DNA of 60,628 nucleotides, the filler included, from a bacterium (GTDB lineage: Bacteria; JAJRZV01): assembly GCA_024275095.1 (NCBI GenBank). It is 3 parts of 3 records of this genome, joined end to end, with 100 filler letters (N's around TTAATTAATTAA, not from the genome) between each part and the next. Parts side by side here need not be neighbours in the genome. Positions count along the whole stretch, not along the records: positions 42,675 to 60,628 come from JAJRZV010000027.1; 2 more parts are not named here. One strand, written 5' to 3'. A program made the translations under genes and the position numbers. Within the stretch, counting starts at the first letter, position 1, and every line of letters begins with the position of its first letter. Positions 59,303 through 60,628 of this stretch are shown one piece after another. The notes under the pieces were generated by a model. That model was not told the DNA's origin. It made no database searches and was given only the letters and a program-made list of their open reading frames with translations.

Positions 59303-60628
59303 AAAGTTTCATCTGATAAGAGTCCAGGTCATAAGGAGTTTCCACAGGGTAATGTCCTGTAAAACAACCCGTACAGCAACCATCGGCATTGCCAGCAGCA
59401 TTAAGCAATCCTTCTACTGATAAGTATTTCAGCGTGTCAGAGGTAAGAAAACGATTGATTTCTTCAACCGTAGAGTGAGATGCAATGAGCTCTTTTCTCG
59501 TGGGTGTATCTATACCGAAGAAGCATGGACTGATAATCGGAGGCGAGCTGATTCTCACGTGCACCTCTCGTGCCCCTGCATCTCGTATCATTTTTACAAT
59601 CTTGCGCATTGTGGTTCCGCGGACAATAGAGTCATCAATGAGTATCACGCGCTTACCGCGCAGAACCTTTCGAACAGGATTAAGTTTTAACTTTACTCCA
59701 AAATGCCGGATCTGATCTGTTGGTTCGATAAATGTCCTGCCCACGTAATGGCTCCTGATCAGTCCCATTTCAAATGGAATCCCGCTTTTTTCTGAATACC
59801 CGATGGCTGCCGGGAGCCCGCTATCCGGTACTGGCGTGACAAGGTCGGCCTCTGTTGGATGTTCTATGGCAAGCTGATGCCCAAGGCGTTTCCTCACTTC
59901 GTAAACATTGGCACCAAACACCACACTATCAGGTCTTGAAAAATATATGAATTCGAAAATGCACCTTCCCTCTTCAGATTGTTTAAAAGGCCTAAAAGAT
60001 GAAAGACCGTCCTCTGTAATGAGAAGAGTTTCTCCAGGTTCTATTTCTCTGATATATTCGGCTTCCATCAAGTCGAAGGCAGTGGTTTCAGACGCAATTA
60101 CATAGGCTTTTTTCAGCTTTCCGAGAACAAGTGGTCTGAATCCCCATGGGTCTCTGGCTGCGATTAATGCACCATTAACCAGCATAACCAGTGAGTAAGC
60201 TCCTTTCACCTGGGATAGAGCTTCAACGACTCTGTTGATTACAGAAACCTGTTTTGAGCGTGCAAAAAGATGAGCAATAACCTCCGTGTCCATACCTGTC
60301 TGGAAAATAGCACCATCTCTGACAAGTTGATGGCGAATAATATGAGCATTTGTAAGGTTTCCATTGTGAGCTATAGCAAAGAAACCCTTTGAATACCGAA
60401 TTACAAAAGGCTGTGCATTTTCAAGCGTACTGGTTCCGTACGTAGAGTACCTTACGTGACCGATGGCAAGTTCTCCAGGAAGTTGGCCCAGTGCCTCTTC
60501 GTTAAAAATATCCCTCACCAGTCCCATATTACGAAACAGCCGGATGCGTTTTCCATCAGACGCAGCTATACCCGCTGATTCCTGTCCCCTGTGTTGGAGA
60601 GCATGCAATCCAAGATAACAAATAGTGG
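59265..60628 (-). CDS. purF: Amidophosphoribosyltransferase (5' end outside the window)
   Basis: [44 protein letters not shown] and PCFFGID. Confidence 0.97.
   Translation of the reverse strand, partial: TICYLGLHALQHRGQESAGIAASDGKRIRLFRNMGLVRDIFNEEALGQLPGELAIGHVRYSTYGTSTLENAQPFVIRYSKGFFAIAHNGNLTNAHIIRHQLVRDGAIFQTGMDTEVIAHLFARSKQVSVINRVVEALSQVKGAYSLVMLVNGALIAARDPWGFRPLVLGKLKKAYVIASETTAFDLMEAEYIREIEPGETLLITEDGLSSFRPFKQSEEGRCIFEFIYFSRPDSVVFGANVYEVRKRLGHQLAIEHPTEADLVTPVPDSGLPAAIGYSEKSGIPFEMGLIRSHYVGRTFIEPTDQIRHFGVKLKLNPVRKVLRGKRVILIDDSIVRGTTMRKIVKMIRDAGAREVHVRISSPPIISPCFFGIDTPTRKELIASHSTVEEINRFLTSDTLKYLSVEGLLNAAGNADGCCTGCFTGHYPVETPYDLDSYQMKLFDQVIIERRGHS

Noticed and set aside
1..60628. CRISPR arrays, IS elements, prophage or known defence systems
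   Set aside because: No spaced direct repeats, transposase, integrase or phage-like genes were seen by eye.

Overview
Window from a draft bacterial genome (probably a MAG). Three contig pieces are joined by artificial 100-bp N44-TTAATTAATTAA-N44 spacers at 28075-28174 and 42575-42674, so adjacency across the spacers is not biological. Gene content suggests a diderm, Deltaproteobacteria-like (Desulfobacterota/Myxococcota-type pilSR-pilA locus), probably thermophilic organism that degrades fatty acids; this is inference. Piece 1 holds the 5' end of tuf with tRNA-Gly and tRNA-Thr, and a tightly coupled ~9.6-kb minus-strand operon: AMMECR1, small membrane protein, disrupted GMC oxidoreductase, uncharacterised outer-membrane beta-barrel, two paralogous Ig-domain lipoproteins, sua5 and SRPBCC. 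It also holds a hybrid kinase, tyrS, mrp, yhaM, lemA with an htpX-zinc-ribbon fusion, a KaiC-domain pair and an acyl-CoA degradation cluster. Piece 2 holds VWA/ChlI-like ATPase, nfnAB, treT, a TPS/TPP fusion with a premature stop, a FecR-domain gene, dnaN, oriC, dnaA and PBP1A. Piece 3 holds pilS-pilR, two paralogous pilins, a pilin-associated ABC/TPR set, rbsK, glcDF, a second DnaA-box cluster, pyrE and purF. The best candidates for something undescribed are the barrel plus twin-lipoprotein module, the distal DnaA-box cluster and the dual-pilin regulatory layout. All family calls come from motif recognition; no database search was run.
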